From an uncultured virus (IMG/VR IMGVR_UViG_2654587763_000002) (Duplodnaviria; Heunggongvirae; Uroviricota; Caudoviricetes), in IMG/VR virus record IMGVR_UViG_2654587763_000002: 50,930 nucleotides of DNA; one strand, 5' to 3'. Numbering within the stretch: the first letter of the stretch is position 1; each line of letters opens with the position of its first letter. Both the position numbers and the translations under genes were made by a program. The notes below the pieces were generated by a model. It worked only from the letters and a program-made list of their open reading frames with translations. It was not told where the DNA came from and did not search any database. Below, in pieces: positions 19,321 through 28,220 of this stretch.

Positions 19321-19503
19321 TTAGCACGCGACATCTTGCCAGGCAGTGTGCTCTGTACCGAGATATCGGAACAGACTTTTGTTTTCTGATACCAATTTGA
19401 TAATAGCTTCATTTTGCTTTTCAAATTTTACCAGAGGACCGCGGCCATTTGCATACTCCGAAACCACAGCTTCCAGTGCTTTCATGAGCTCACGATTTGC
19501 CAT
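19321..19503 (-). CDS. Small hypothetical protein (60 aa)
   Basis: MANRELMKALE..., RBS GGAG, own promoter at 19610-19638. Confidence 0.7.
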   Translation of the reverse strand: MANRELMKALEAVVSEYANGRGPLVKFEKQNEAIIKLVSENKSLFRYLGTEHTAWQDVAC

Positions 19504-19609
19504 AGCATACTCCAAATAGTCCACACTATTGGTGGTAAAAGTGTACACCCTGTTAAGCTAACGTGTTAACAACGTGTGCGTAAAAAATTTTAAAAATTAA
19601 GGGGGAGTA

Positions 19610-19638
19610 ATCATACCGATGGAAAAGCCGATGGTCAA
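19610..19638 (-). promoter_or_regulatory. Sigma70 promoter for the 60-aa ORF
   Basis: TTGACC-N17-TATGAT on the minus strand. Confidence 0.7.
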
Positions 19639-19639
19639 T

Positions 19640-20203
19640 TTATAAACCATTATTCCTGTAGGTTACCACAGCGGGGATTCCTTTCGTGTAGTTATCTACA
19701 TGGTTAAATCCAACGGCTTTGAAGGCGATGATGTCACATGGAGCTGGTGATGTAAATGCGAACTGTTGTACCTGGATCTCATTTTGAGTAATGCGCTCCA
19801 TACCTAAAGATAGGTCGTCAAGTGAGGCTGTTAAGATGGGGAGCCAGTACACAACAATCTCATCTGGAGCCATTCGGCTGACTTCCCAGAAAGTGAGGTC
19901 GATGCTGACATTTGTCATATACCCTACGGCATAAGCAACAGGAGCACGATCGTAGTAGACAACGAGACGAACTGGCATTCCGAGGCCAGAGGTCATCTCG
20001 ATAGGCATGATGTCAACTGGGTTGAATGTGAAGTGGCCAGCACCTCGGAATGCCGCAATGTCCTTCATTGCTTGTTCGTCACCAACGCCAATAGCCAGTT
20101 GCTTCGGCAACTCTAGTTGCCCTCCAAGGATCGTACCAGTGAAACCGAAGACAGATCGTTGAATATCAATAAAATCAGCATTTCGAATATTACTTGGATT
20201 CAT
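19640..20203 (-). CDS. Low-GC hypothetical protein with GNAT-like C-terminal half
   Basis: RLVVYYDRAPVAYAVG...IDLTFWEV...SPAPCDIIAFKAVGF; RBS GAGGA; promoter TTGCCG-N17-TAGAAT at 20246-20274. Confidence 0.65.
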   Translation of the reverse strand: MNPSNIRNADFIDIQRSVFGFTGTILGGQLELPKQLAIGVGDEQAMKDIAAFRGAGHFTFNPVDIMPIEMTSGLGMPVRLVVYYDRAPVAYAVGYMTNVSIDLTFWEVSRMAPDEIVVYWLPILTASLDDLSLGMERITQNEIQVQQFAFTSPAPCDIIAFKAVGFNHVDNYTKGIPAVVTYRNNGL

Positions 20204-20378
20204 TGTCGTCCTCGATTTTCCTAGTCCTGTCATTGAGATTCATGCATTCTAATCAGGTACATCTGAGTCGGCAATACGCCATGGTTTTTATATTTATACT
20301 CAACGATGTATGGTGTCATATGAGGTTGAGTTTGGCGGTGGTGAACCATGTATGAAATCAAACATCAGGTGACTATTT

Positions 20379-20600
20379 ATGCATGATTTAATTGTTTACA
20401 CTCGATTGATCGAGGCTGTGAATCGTTTACTGTCAACCTACCCAGTTGATGGTGTCGGAGTATTGGCGTGGTTGGAGGCTGCTGATGTCGAGGTTCAACA
20501 GAAAGGAGGTGACATCACTGACGTACTAGTTGCGTGGTCTGAATCTTCAAGCCTAACTGTATGTTTTGACTGCGAGTCTAGGTTGGTTGTGTCTAGTTGA
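20379..20600 (+). CDS. Hypothetical protein
   Basis: 73 aa ATG ORF with AGGTG upstream. Confidence 0.45.
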   Translation: MHDLIVYTRLIEAVNRLLSTYPVDGVGVLAWLEAADVEVQQKGGDITDVLVAWSESSSLTVCFDCESRLVVSS

Positions 20601-20839
20601 GGTTGGTGGCTTTGTGTGGTGGGCATATTGGCGGAATTGCCTATGCCCAGTAATTTGACATCCTCGCAACTTAAGGTTTCTGGCTGGGGTTCTCACACGG
20701 TCATTTTTCTACCACTGTGCTGTAACTTAGACATTTGAAATCCCGCTTCAGGGCTCGGCGCCCCCCTTTTGCGGAGCTTTAAACCTGAACAGCCTTCATC
20801 GGGTACAATGTGGGTCCCATATCGTCCAGGAGCGTCCCA

Positions 20840-21739
20840 ATGTCAGCTCTTATTCCTGAACTGATCGCCATGGCCAGTGATCCCGCAGTGGCCACTTCTG
20901 ATCTGCTACGCCGCGCTTTTGTGGCTGCTCACCGCTTAAATCTGCCAGAGTGGATCGATTGGATAACACATGAGTTGCAGGGCTACCCTGAGGGGGTGCC
21001 GTTGCCCCCATATAGGCAGCTTCAGGGAGAAATAGTGGCTGACCACCCTATGCGAGGTTTGACACAGGTATCATTCTCATCTGCGCAGAGTGCAAGCGAA
21101 TGGGGGTTTTGCAACCTGGACACTCCTGTGGAAGAGATCGAGGGGTGGATTAATGAGGGGGATGATGTGGTGATGACGTTTCCCCCTGGGGCTGAAGATG
21201 CTTTGAGGAAGGCTATACGCCCTTCTTGTCGTCCCCTTCGTCGTTTCCACCTGAGCATGTTTAAAGCGCTGATCGGCGCAGTCAGAAACAAGGTGCTGGA
21301 CTGGGCTCTGAAACTGGAAGGTCAAGGCATCCTGGGTGAGGGATTGAGTTTTACCGCTCGAGAACAGGCTCAGGCCCAACAGCTGACACCGGTGACCCAC
21401 ATACACATCGGCCGGGATTTCACCGGTGGCCAACTGATGGTGAGCTCACCTGGTGCTCAGCAGCAACAGACCATCACAGACGAACAGAAAAAGGCGGCCT
21501 TAGCGGCCCTGTTGCCGTGGCTGCAGCAGGTGATCGCACATGGGCAACTGCAGCAGGAGGTCTGTGCAGAACTGCAAGCAGAATTGGACACGCTCAAGGC
21601 ACAGGCCGCCTCTCCAAAACCCAAGTGGCCGGTGATCAGTGCCGTGGCCAGCAGTGTGCGGGAGATTCTGGTAGGGGCAGGTGGTGAAGTGTTGGCTGCA
21701 AATGCGTTGGGCTTGTTGGCGACCTTATCTGCGGGTTAA
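20840..21739 (+). CDS. AbiTii-domain protein (copy 1)
   Basis: DLLRRAFVAAHRL...WITHELQGY...LPPYR...VRNKVLDWALKLEGQGILGEGLSFT; RBS AGGAG. Confidence 0.8.
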   Translation: MSALIPELIAMASDPAVATSDLLRRAFVAAHRLNLPEWIDWITHELQGYPEGVPLPPYRQLQGEIVADHPMRGLTQVSFSSAQSASEWGFCNLDTPVEEIEGWINEGDDVVMTFPPGAEDALRKAIRPSCRPLRRFHLSMFKALIGAVRNKVLDWALKLEGQGILGEGLSFTAREQAQAQQLTPVTHIHIGRDFTGGQLMVSSPGAQQQQTITDEQKKAALAALLPWLQQVIAHGQLQQEVCAELQAELDTLKAQAASPKPKWPVISAVASSVREILVGAGGEVLAANALGLLATLSAG

Positions 21740-21798
21740 GCAAGGCCGTGATGATTAAGAGTTTCTGTTGGTACATGTAAGAGGTTATTACTGAAGGG

Positions 21799-22140
21799 AT
21801 GGGTAGCAAATTGGAAACGCCAGCTCTGAGGATGGCGGGCTGGGGGCTACTGTACGGCGATTTCTTCGACCTGTACGACGTTGTCGAAGTGCTTGAGATT
21901 CCCAGTGGCCTGGCGGGCCAACTCATGATTTACCTGCGCACGATGCGCTGTGTGGAGCTGGTGGCCGAAGTTCGTGTAGGGCTTAAAGAGGAGGGGAGAG
22001 CCCACAAACGGATTTTCATCAAGGTGCTCTGCATCCATCCAGAACCCCCCAGTAAAGCCCCCCCTGCCAAACTAAACGTCCTGCGCTCTAAGTTGGTTCA
22101 TCTATCCAAGGTCATGCCTTCACCGCGGGGAGTTCGCTGA
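21799..22140 (+). CDS. CaiF/GrlA-like transcriptional regulator
   Basis: LRMAGWGLL...DVVEVLEIPSGLAGQLMIYLR pattern followed by beta-rich RIFIKVLCI. Confidence 0.5.
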   Translation: MGSKLETPALRMAGWGLLYGDFFDLYDVVEVLEIPSGLAGQLMIYLRTMRCVELVAEVRVGLKEEGRAHKRIFIKVLCIHPEPPSKAPPAKLNVLRSKLVHLSKVMPSPRGVR

Positions 22141-22315
22141 TTCAGTTGATGCGGCGGGAGGATGGCCAAGGGCCATTTGGGGAGCTAGGCGAACGACCAA
22201 AGTAGGGCCGATCCCCCTCCTTTCAGGGCTGACGGGATCCTCCCCTTTGCAGCACTGCAAACTACACGGCCCAAAACGAGTACAATGGGGCCCTATTTCA
22301 CTTAGGAGTGCCTCA

Positions 22316-23212
22316 ATGCCCGACCTTATCCCTGAACTCATCGTCATGGCCAGTGATCCGACCGTCAAGACTCCCGATCTGCTACGTCGTGCCTTAGTGG
22401 CTGCACGACGGCTGAAGTTACACGAGTGGGTAAAGTGGATCGGTTATGAGCTCAGAGGATACCCCAATGAGCAGGAACTCCCACCGTACCGCGAAGTTAG
22501 TGTACCGTTAATGGGGCAAGACAATCTTGGGCAGCTCTGGCCGATCACCAACCCTGCATTATGGAATCTAGGTAAGTACCAGTCTGTTGCTATCAAGCAG
22601 CCGATCGGTGAGATCGAGGCGTGGGCTATTGGAGGCATGGATATAAAGTTGAGATTTCCCGATAGGGTAGAGCAACAGCTTTTGGACTGCATTGGTCATG
22701 CTGCCCTCCCTGTCCGTGTACTAACGATAGGGAGCATCAGCAGCATCCTCGACATGGTGCGTAATGAGGTTCTGGAGTGGTCACTTGCATTAGAGGCAGA
22801 AGGAATCTTGGGAGAAGAGATGAGTTTTACAACGCAGGAACAGGACCAGGCCAAGCAGTTGGCACCGGTGACAATTCACATCGAAGGGGGGATTCACGGT
22901 GGCCAACTGATGGTGAGCTCGCCCGGCAGCCAGCAACAGCAGACGGTGACCAGTGAACAGAAGGTCGAGGCACTGGAAGCCTTGCTGCCTTGGCTACAGC
23001 AGGTGATTGAACAAGGGCAACTGCAGAAGGATGCCTGTGGTGAGTTGCAGGCTGAGCTTGCGACCCTCCAAGCTCAGGCCGCCTCACCCAAGCCGAAATG
23101 GCCGGTGATCGGCGCTGTGGCTGGCAGTGTGCGGGCGATCCTGGAAGGGGCCAGCGGCGGGGTGCTGGCTGCAGAGGCGTTGGGCTGGTTGGCTACCTTG
23201 GCTACAAGCTGA
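22316..23212 (+). CDS. AbiTii-domain protein (copy 2)
   Basis: Clear paralog of 20840-21739; RBS AGGAG. Confidence 0.8.
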   Translation: MPDLIPELIVMASDPTVKTPDLLRRALVAARRLKLHEWVKWIGYELRGYPNEQELPPYREVSVPLMGQDNLGQLWPITNPALWNLGKYQSVAIKQPIGEIEAWAIGGMDIKLRFPDRVEQQLLDCIGHAALPVRVLTIGSISSILDMVRNEVLEWSLALEAEGILGEEMSFTTQEQDQAKQLAPVTIHIEGGIHGGQLMVSSPGSQQQQTVTSEQKVEALEALLPWLQQVIEQGQLQKDACGELQAELATLQAQAASPKPKWPVIGAVAGSVRAILEGASGGVLAAEALGWLATLATS

Positions 23213-23241
23213 GTGATAGGTTTTCTGCATGCCACCTGCCT

Positions 23242-24516
23242 TTATACCTTTACTCTCGGAAGCTCGTTAATGCAGGTGGTATAGCGGGGACTGAGCTGAT
23301 CTCGCTTCATCATCCACTCGCTGGCGTCCCGGCCCCTGGCGGCAAAGTAGACCTTTCCCAACCTTCCCTGATTTATCTGGTCAATCACCTTCATCAGAGC
23401 CTCGCTGCGGGGATCCTGCTGCTGGTCAGCGAAAAGGTCTCCCTGGTGCATGCTGGCCGGGGTGAAATCGGCCAACATGACGCCCCCCTTCATATAGCGG
23501 ACATCATCTCGCCAGATCCGGCGCAGCAGCGGCTCAACCAGGGCCAGCAGGTCACGGGTATCTGAGGTGGGTGTCTGCAACCGGGTCGATACCTGGTTGC
23601 TGTAATAGGTCTCTCGCTCCGAGAAGGGGCTGCTCCTTATAAAGAGGGTGACGTGCTGGCAGCACATGCCCTCCGCTCTGAGCTTTTCCGCGGCCCGCTC
23701 CATGTAGCCGGCCAGCGCCTCCAGCATGGGGCCAAACGCGGTGATGCGCTCACCAAAACTCCGGCTGCAGATGATCTGCTGCTTGGCCTGGGCCATCGGC
23801 TCCAGCTCGGCACAGGGGATCCCCCGTAGCTCCTGCACTGTGCGCTCGACGACGACCCCATACTGTCGACGCAGGCTCTTGGGGTCGGCCGCCACCAAGT
23901 CGGCCACGGTGTTGATGCCCTGTTTGTTGAGCTTGGCTGTCAGTTTGCGCCCTATCCCCCAGACTTCCTCAACCGGGGTGATGGCCATCAGCTTGGCGCG
24001 GCGCCCCTCATCGCGCAGATCCACTACACCGCCGGTGGCGGGCCACTTCTTGGCGGCGTAGTTCGCCAGCTTGGCCAGGGTCTTGGTCGGTGCAATGCCC
24101 ACCCCGACGGTGAGGCCGGTCCACTGCTGCACCCGCTCGCGGATCTGGCGGCCATAGGCCAGCAGGTCACCGGCCCAGCTTTCGCTGAGCTCGACGAACG
24201 CTTCATCAATGCTGTAGACCTCGACGGTTGGGGCCATGCTCTCCAGGGTGGTCATCACCCGGTTTGACATGTCGCCGTAGAGGGCGTAGTTGGAGCTGAA
24301 CCAGATACCGCCCTGTTCCTCATAGAGCTCGCGGATCTGGAAGTAGGGCACCCCCATCTTGACCCCCAACCGCTTGGCCTCTGCCGATCTGGCGACGACA
24401 CAGCCATCGTTGTTGGAGAGCACCACGATCGGCACCCCCTTGAGGTCGGGGCGGAACAGACGCTCACAGGAGGCATAGAAGTTGTTCACGTCGACCAGGG
24501 CAATGGCGGTTGGCAT
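23242..24516 (-). CDS. umuC: DNA polymerase V subunit UmuC
   Basis: [35 protein letters not shown]. Confidence 0.95.
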   Translation of the reverse strand: MPTAIALVDVNNFYASCERLFRPDLKGVPIVVLSNNDGCVVARSAEAKRLGVKMGVPYFQIRELYEEQGGIWFSSNYALYGDMSNRVMTTLESMAPTVEVYSIDEAFVELSESWAGDLLAYGRQIRERVQQWTGLTVGVGIAPTKTLAKLANYAAKKWPATGGVVDLRDEGRRAKLMAITPVEEVWGIGRKLTAKLNKQGINTVADLVAADPKSLRRQYGVVVERTVQELRGIPCAELEPMAQAKQQIICSRSFGERITAFGPMLEALAGYMERAAEKLRAEGMCCQHVTLFIRSSPFSERETYYSNQVSTRLQTPTSDTRDLLALVEPLLRRIWRDDVRYMKGGVMLADFTPASMHQGDLFADQQQDPRSEALMKVIDQINQGRLGKVYFAARGRDASEWMMKRDQLSPRYTTCINELPRVKV

Positions 24517-24518
24517 GG

Positions 24519-24935
24519 CTACCCTCGCCGGGTTTTGTGCAGAACGAAGGTGACGACGCCGAATATATCCAGCTCCTGCCCTTCTTGCAGAATGATGGGG
24601 GCGAAATCCGGGTTGGACGGTAGTAGCGCGGGTGGGTCGGACTGCAAGATCTTGACGGTGAACTCGCCATCCAGGCAGGCGAGCACGATGTCGCCGTGGC
24701 GAGCCGTGATGGCGCGGTCGATGATCAGCATATCGCCGTCGTTGATGCCTTCTCCGACCATGCTGTGTCCGCTGGCCCGCACATAGAAGGTGGCCGCCGG
24801 GTGGGGGACACAGTGTTGATTGAGGTCGATGGACTGTTCCACATAGTCCTGAGCCGGGGAGGGGAATCCGCAGGCGGCAGGGGTGAGGAATAATGGGATC
24901 TCTATGATAGGTGCATTGGTTGCGTGGGGGAGCAT
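24519..24935 (-). CDS. umuD: DNA polymerase V subunit UmuD
   Basis: [20 protein letters not shown]. Confidence 0.95.
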   Translation of the reverse strand: MLPHATNAPIIEIPLFLTPAACGFPSPAQDYVEQSIDLNQHCVPHPAATFYVRASGHSMVGEGINDGDMLIIDRAITARHGDIVLACLDGEFTVKILQSDPPALLPSNPDFAPIILQEGQELDIFGVVTFVLHKTRRG

Positions 24936-24946
24936 GGTAAAGGTCA

Positions 24947-24962
24947 CTGTATGAACATACAG
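24947..24962. promoter_or_regulatory. LexA (SOS) box upstream of umuD
   Basis: CTGT-ATGAACAT-ACAG. Confidence 0.9.
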
Positions 24963-25097
24963 TGATTCTAACCGAGGGATCCGGAAAGATCACTGGTCGT
25001 CGTTCGGGTCTTGGCATGGCAAGGGGGACGCGGCCAATTATGCTTGGCAGAGACTGACCAGGTGAGTTTGAGCTCTCATACGACGGAGGGGCAGCGC

Positions 25098-25727
25098 ATG
25101 TGCATCAACTACATCCCGACCACCAAGGCGGTGCTGGTGGAATACTTCGGAGTTGATGATCCCGGGTTCGGCTGGAAGGAGGAGGTGTGGCAGGACTACC
25201 TGGCCCCGATCCTGATCCAGCGAGACGGACGGCGGCAGGCGCTGATCGCCAGTTATGGGATGGTGCCCAAGAGGAAGGTTCAGCCAGGCAACAAGCACTA
25301 CACCACGATGAACGCCAGGGCTGAGACGGTGGGTGAAAAGCCGACCTACCGCCACGCCTGGCAGCAAGGGCATCTCTGCCTGGTGCCCATGTCCGGTTTC
25401 TTCGAGCCCTGCTACGAGAGCGGCAAGGCTGAGCGCTGGCGGATCAGCATGGCCGACGGCAGGCCCTTCGCGGTGGCCGGCATCTGGCGGGCATGGCAGG
25501 AGGAGCAGGGCTACACCTTCAGCTTCTCCCAGCTCACCATCAATGCCGACACGCACCCGCTACTGCGGCGAATGCACAAGCCCGGAGACGAGAAGCGTAG
25601 CCTGGTCATCGTGTCGCCGGATGACTACGACACCTGGCTGGGGTGCAAGGACCCTGAACTGGCGCGAACCTACCTGGTGCAGCAGGATATCTGTCAACTG
25701 AAGGGAATATCTATGCCGATCCCGTAG
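25098..25727 (+). CDS. SOS response-associated peptidase (SRAP/YedK-like)
   Basis: MC- N-terminus, NARAETV, FFEP, LTINA...HP...MH. Confidence 0.88.
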   Translation: MCINYIPTTKAVLVEYFGVDDPGFGWKEEVWQDYLAPILIQRDGRRQALIASYGMVPKRKVQPGNKHYTTMNARAETVGEKPTYRHAWQQGHLCLVPMSGFFEPCYESGKAERWRISMADGRPFAVAGIWRAWQEEQGYTFSFSQLTINADTHPLLRRMHKPGDEKRSLVIVSPDDYDTWLGCKDPELARTYLVQQDICQLKGISMPIP

Positions 25728-25958
25728 AGTCATTGAACAGGGTCTTGTTCTGGGTAGCAGATATCTTACAGGTAAGCTGTCGCCTACAGCTTTACTAGAA
25801 GTCTAGGTTGGCGGACTGACTGGAGTACGATGAATATCAGTACTATCCAATGATATTGGCTAGATGCTATCAGCGGGAGGTGGTTGGGTATTCTACGAGC
25901 AGATGATGGCTCAAGTGGTTTAGGCCAGGCTTCACTTGCTCAAACAACTGTAAAGGAG

Positions 25959-25984
25959 GAGAGAGGGGACAAAGCCCCTCTCTC
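25959..25984 (-). terminator. Hairpin downstream of the GNAT toxin
   Basis: GAGAGAGGGG/CCCCTCTCTC 10-bp stem. Confidence 0.5.
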
Positions 25985-25990
25985 TGATTA

Positions 25991-26497
25991 CTACGTCTTC
26001 CTTTTCGGAAAAGGCAAGAACATTGGCGTCGTTCCTATACTGCCATCTTCCGCTTCGCACTTAACAAAGCCCAGTTTTTCGTAAAATCCGATGGCCCCAG
26101 GGAGTGCATCGACAAAGACTCCAAACGACCCAACCTGCTCTGCTGATGCTAATGCTATCTCGACAAGATGCCCTATAAAAAACGAGCCAACACCTTGTCC
26201 AGCATAGTCTTTGTCAACTGCGAAGCGTCCTATTAGAACAAAAGACACTTCTCGGTACGGAAGACCTTTACCAAATGCACCTAGCTTCGATTTTTCAATC
26301 TTGGTTGCGGACATGGTAGCGAATGCAATTACTCCGTCGCTGTCACTAACAACCTCGTGCCCTGCTAGTACATTTTTTTGCCACTGCTTTACAAATTTCT
26401 TGTGGTAGAAGTCATCCAAAGATGGCTCACCACTGGAAAAATCAGCATCAATCTTGCCTGAAAACGGCTGTACTCTTACTTCTAGTTCTTCGTTCAA
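25991..26497 (-). CDS. GNAT acetyltransferase toxin (TacT/AtaT-like)
   Basis: FSSGEPSLDDF, LIGRFAVDKDYAGQGVG, AIGFYEKLGF; TTG start inside the antitoxin. Confidence 0.85.
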   Translation of the reverse strand: MNEELEVRVQPFSGKIDADFSSGEPSLDDFYHKKFVKQWQKNVLAGHEVVSDSDGVIAFATMSATKIEKSKLGAFGKGLPYREVSFVLIGRFAVDKDYAGQGVGSFFIGHLVEIALASAEQVGSFGVFVDALPGAIGFYEKLGFVKCEAEDGSIGTTPMFLPFPKRKT

Positions 26498-26807
26498 TCT
26501 TCAGTACTCCACTACGGGAGCTTTCGATAGCCGCGGTCATTCTTGTGTTGAACTCTGGCGGATTTGTCAGAAGCTCGATCATCTTGGCATAGGACTGAGT
26601 GGTTAACCTCAAAGTCCGTTCGCTTTCGATAATCTCTTCGGCAACCTTGCGTCCTGCCATCTTGACGAAAGCCGACACACTGACACCGCTGATGCTTGCT
26701 GCTTGCTCGAACAGCTCTTTTATTTCATCAGTTACCCGAAACTCGAATCGCTCTTGTTTCGGCCTCTTCATTGCCGAACTCGCTACTGCGTTAGCGGCAT
26801 TTTTCAT
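26448..26807 (-). CDS. DUF1778 (RHH) antitoxin, TacA/AtaR-like
   Basis: KQERFEFRV...KELFEQAASISGVSVSAFV...LLTNPP. Confidence 0.88.
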   Translation of the reverse strand: MKNAANAVASSAMKRPKQERFEFRVTDEIKELFEQAASISGVSVSAFVKMAGRKVAEEIIESERTLRLTTQSYAKMIELLTNPPEFNTRMTAAIESSRSGVLKIERRTRSKSTAVFRQD

Positions 26808-27015
26808 AACGTCCTACCTCTAAATCGTCTTATTCACCTCGATGGGCGATGCGATGATATTTGTATTTATCTATGCGTATAAAACTCCTTATTCAGGGCT
26901 CATATAGGACCCTATTCTGGTGTGTTTTCATCAGTTTCTCCCTACTTGCAATGACTGGTTTCTAGTTAGATGGACGTTCCTAGAGGCTTTGGGTCACCCT
27001 ATGAACGCCTCATTT

Positions 27016-27036
27016 TGTCCGTAAATTTACCGGACA
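27016..27036. promoter_or_regulatory. Probable TA autoregulatory operator
   Basis: Inverted repeat TGTCCG-N9-CGGACA upstream of the antitoxin. Confidence 0.5.
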
Positions 27037-27241
27037 CAATGATGCTATCATCGACTTCAAAAATCGTCAACTAAATTGTTGACATGTGAGTTTATGTATG
27101 AATTTTTGTCTCAGAATGTCCCCGGATTTGGTCCATAGCCTAGGTTTTAGCCTGCTCAGAGCTTCTTGAGCTACTCGGTTACTGATATGGAGAAGTTGGG
27201 GTGGCGTGGGGACAAGTATTTCCATCACAAAGTACAGTGTG

Positions 27242-27357
27242 TTGACAGGGGATTGCACAATTGTGTAAGTTAAAAGCTAATGATGGAGGACTGCACCCGA
27301 AAGGGTTCAGTCCTTTTTTATTCCCCTTTCAAACCTCGGCCTTGCCGGGGTTTTTTC
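27242..27357 (+). promoter_or_regulatory. Late promoter pR'-like with two tandem terminators
   Basis: TTGACA at 27242; hairpin + T-run at ~27287-27319 (GGACTG..CAGTCC-T6) and ~27331-27357, immediately before the holin. Confidence 0.6.
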
Positions 27358-27385
27358 ATTTCTGAGTCCCTGCGGGGTGGTGGGT

Positions 27386-27715
27386 ATGCAGATGCCTGAT
27401 AAAGACCTTGGTCTGTTGGCCTGGCTGCTGGCGTGGGCCGATTCTCACTGGCCCGCGCTGTATGGCTTCATTCTGTCCGTGGTGATCTCCTGGTTGCGGG
27501 TGACTTACTCCGGCGGCGGTGTTCGACAGCGGCTGCTCGAGTCGCTGCTGTGTGGCGCCATTTCTCTCTCAGTGATGTCTGGGATGGAGTTGTTTGGGAT
27601 TGCGGCCACCGCATCTGGGTTTGTAGGCGGTTCGATCGGGTTCCTCGGGGTCGAGAAGATCCGTGAGTTTGCCGGTCGCGTGCTGGATAGGAGGTTTGGC
27701 AATGGTCCGAGTTGA
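27386..27715 (+). CDS. Lambda-family holin
   Basis: MQMPDKD start, three hydrophobic segments, GGSIGFLGVEKIRE. Confidence 0.88.
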   Translation: MQMPDKDLGLLAWLLAWADSHWPALYGFILSVVISWLRVTYSGGGVRQRLLESLLCGAISLSVMSGMELFGIAATASGFVGGSIGFLGVEKIREFAGRVLDRRFGNGPS

Positions 27716-28220
27716 GCGCACATCACCGCACGGCATCAGCCTTATGCACTACTTCGAGACCTGCAAGTTGAGGGCCTACCCAGACCCTGGCAGCAAGAAT
27801 GGGGAGCCGTGGACTATCGGGTGGGGGCACACAGGGCCAGAGGTGAAGCCCGGGCTGGAGTGGTCGCAGCAACAGGCTGACAGCGCGTTCGTTGATGACC
27901 TCCGCCGCTTTGAGCGTGATGTGTTGTCGCTGGTCAAAGTGCCACTGACTCAAGGCCAGTTCGATGCACTGGTGTCGTTCGCCTACAACGTCGGTTCTGA
28001 TATCGATGCCGACACCATCCCGGAAGGGTTGGGAGATTCCACGCTGCTGCGCAAGCTGAACACCGGTGATTACGATGGTGCAGCCCGTGAGTTTCGGAAG
28101 TGGAACAAGAACGATGGCAAGGTGATGCGCGGGCTGACCCGCCGGCGTGTCGCAGAGGAATGCCTGTTCAGGGGAATGGATGCCGCTGCGGCCATCAAAA
28201 ATGGGGTAGCTGCAGCATGA
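27702..28220 (+). CDS. Endolysin (GH24 lysozyme)
   Basis: FETCKLRAYPD, WTIGWGHT, QGQFDALVSFAYNVG, GLTRRR. Confidence 0.92.
   Translation: MVRVERTSPHGISLMHYFETCKLRAYPDPGSKNGEPWTIGWGHTGPEVKPGLEWSQQQADSAFVDDLRRFERDVLSLVKVPLTQGQFDALVSFAYNVGSDIDADTIPEGLGDSTLLRKLNTGDYDGAAREFRKWNKNDGKVMRGLTRRRVAEECLFRGMDAAAAIKNGVAAA

Noticed and set aside
19545..19580. TAAC/GTTA-rich tract as an extra CI operator
   Set aside because: Spacing does not fit the N5 operator consensus
24517..25017. 167-aa N-terminal extension of UmuC in the ORF track
   Set aside because: Overlaps umuD in another frame; UmuC homology begins at MPTAIALVD (24516)
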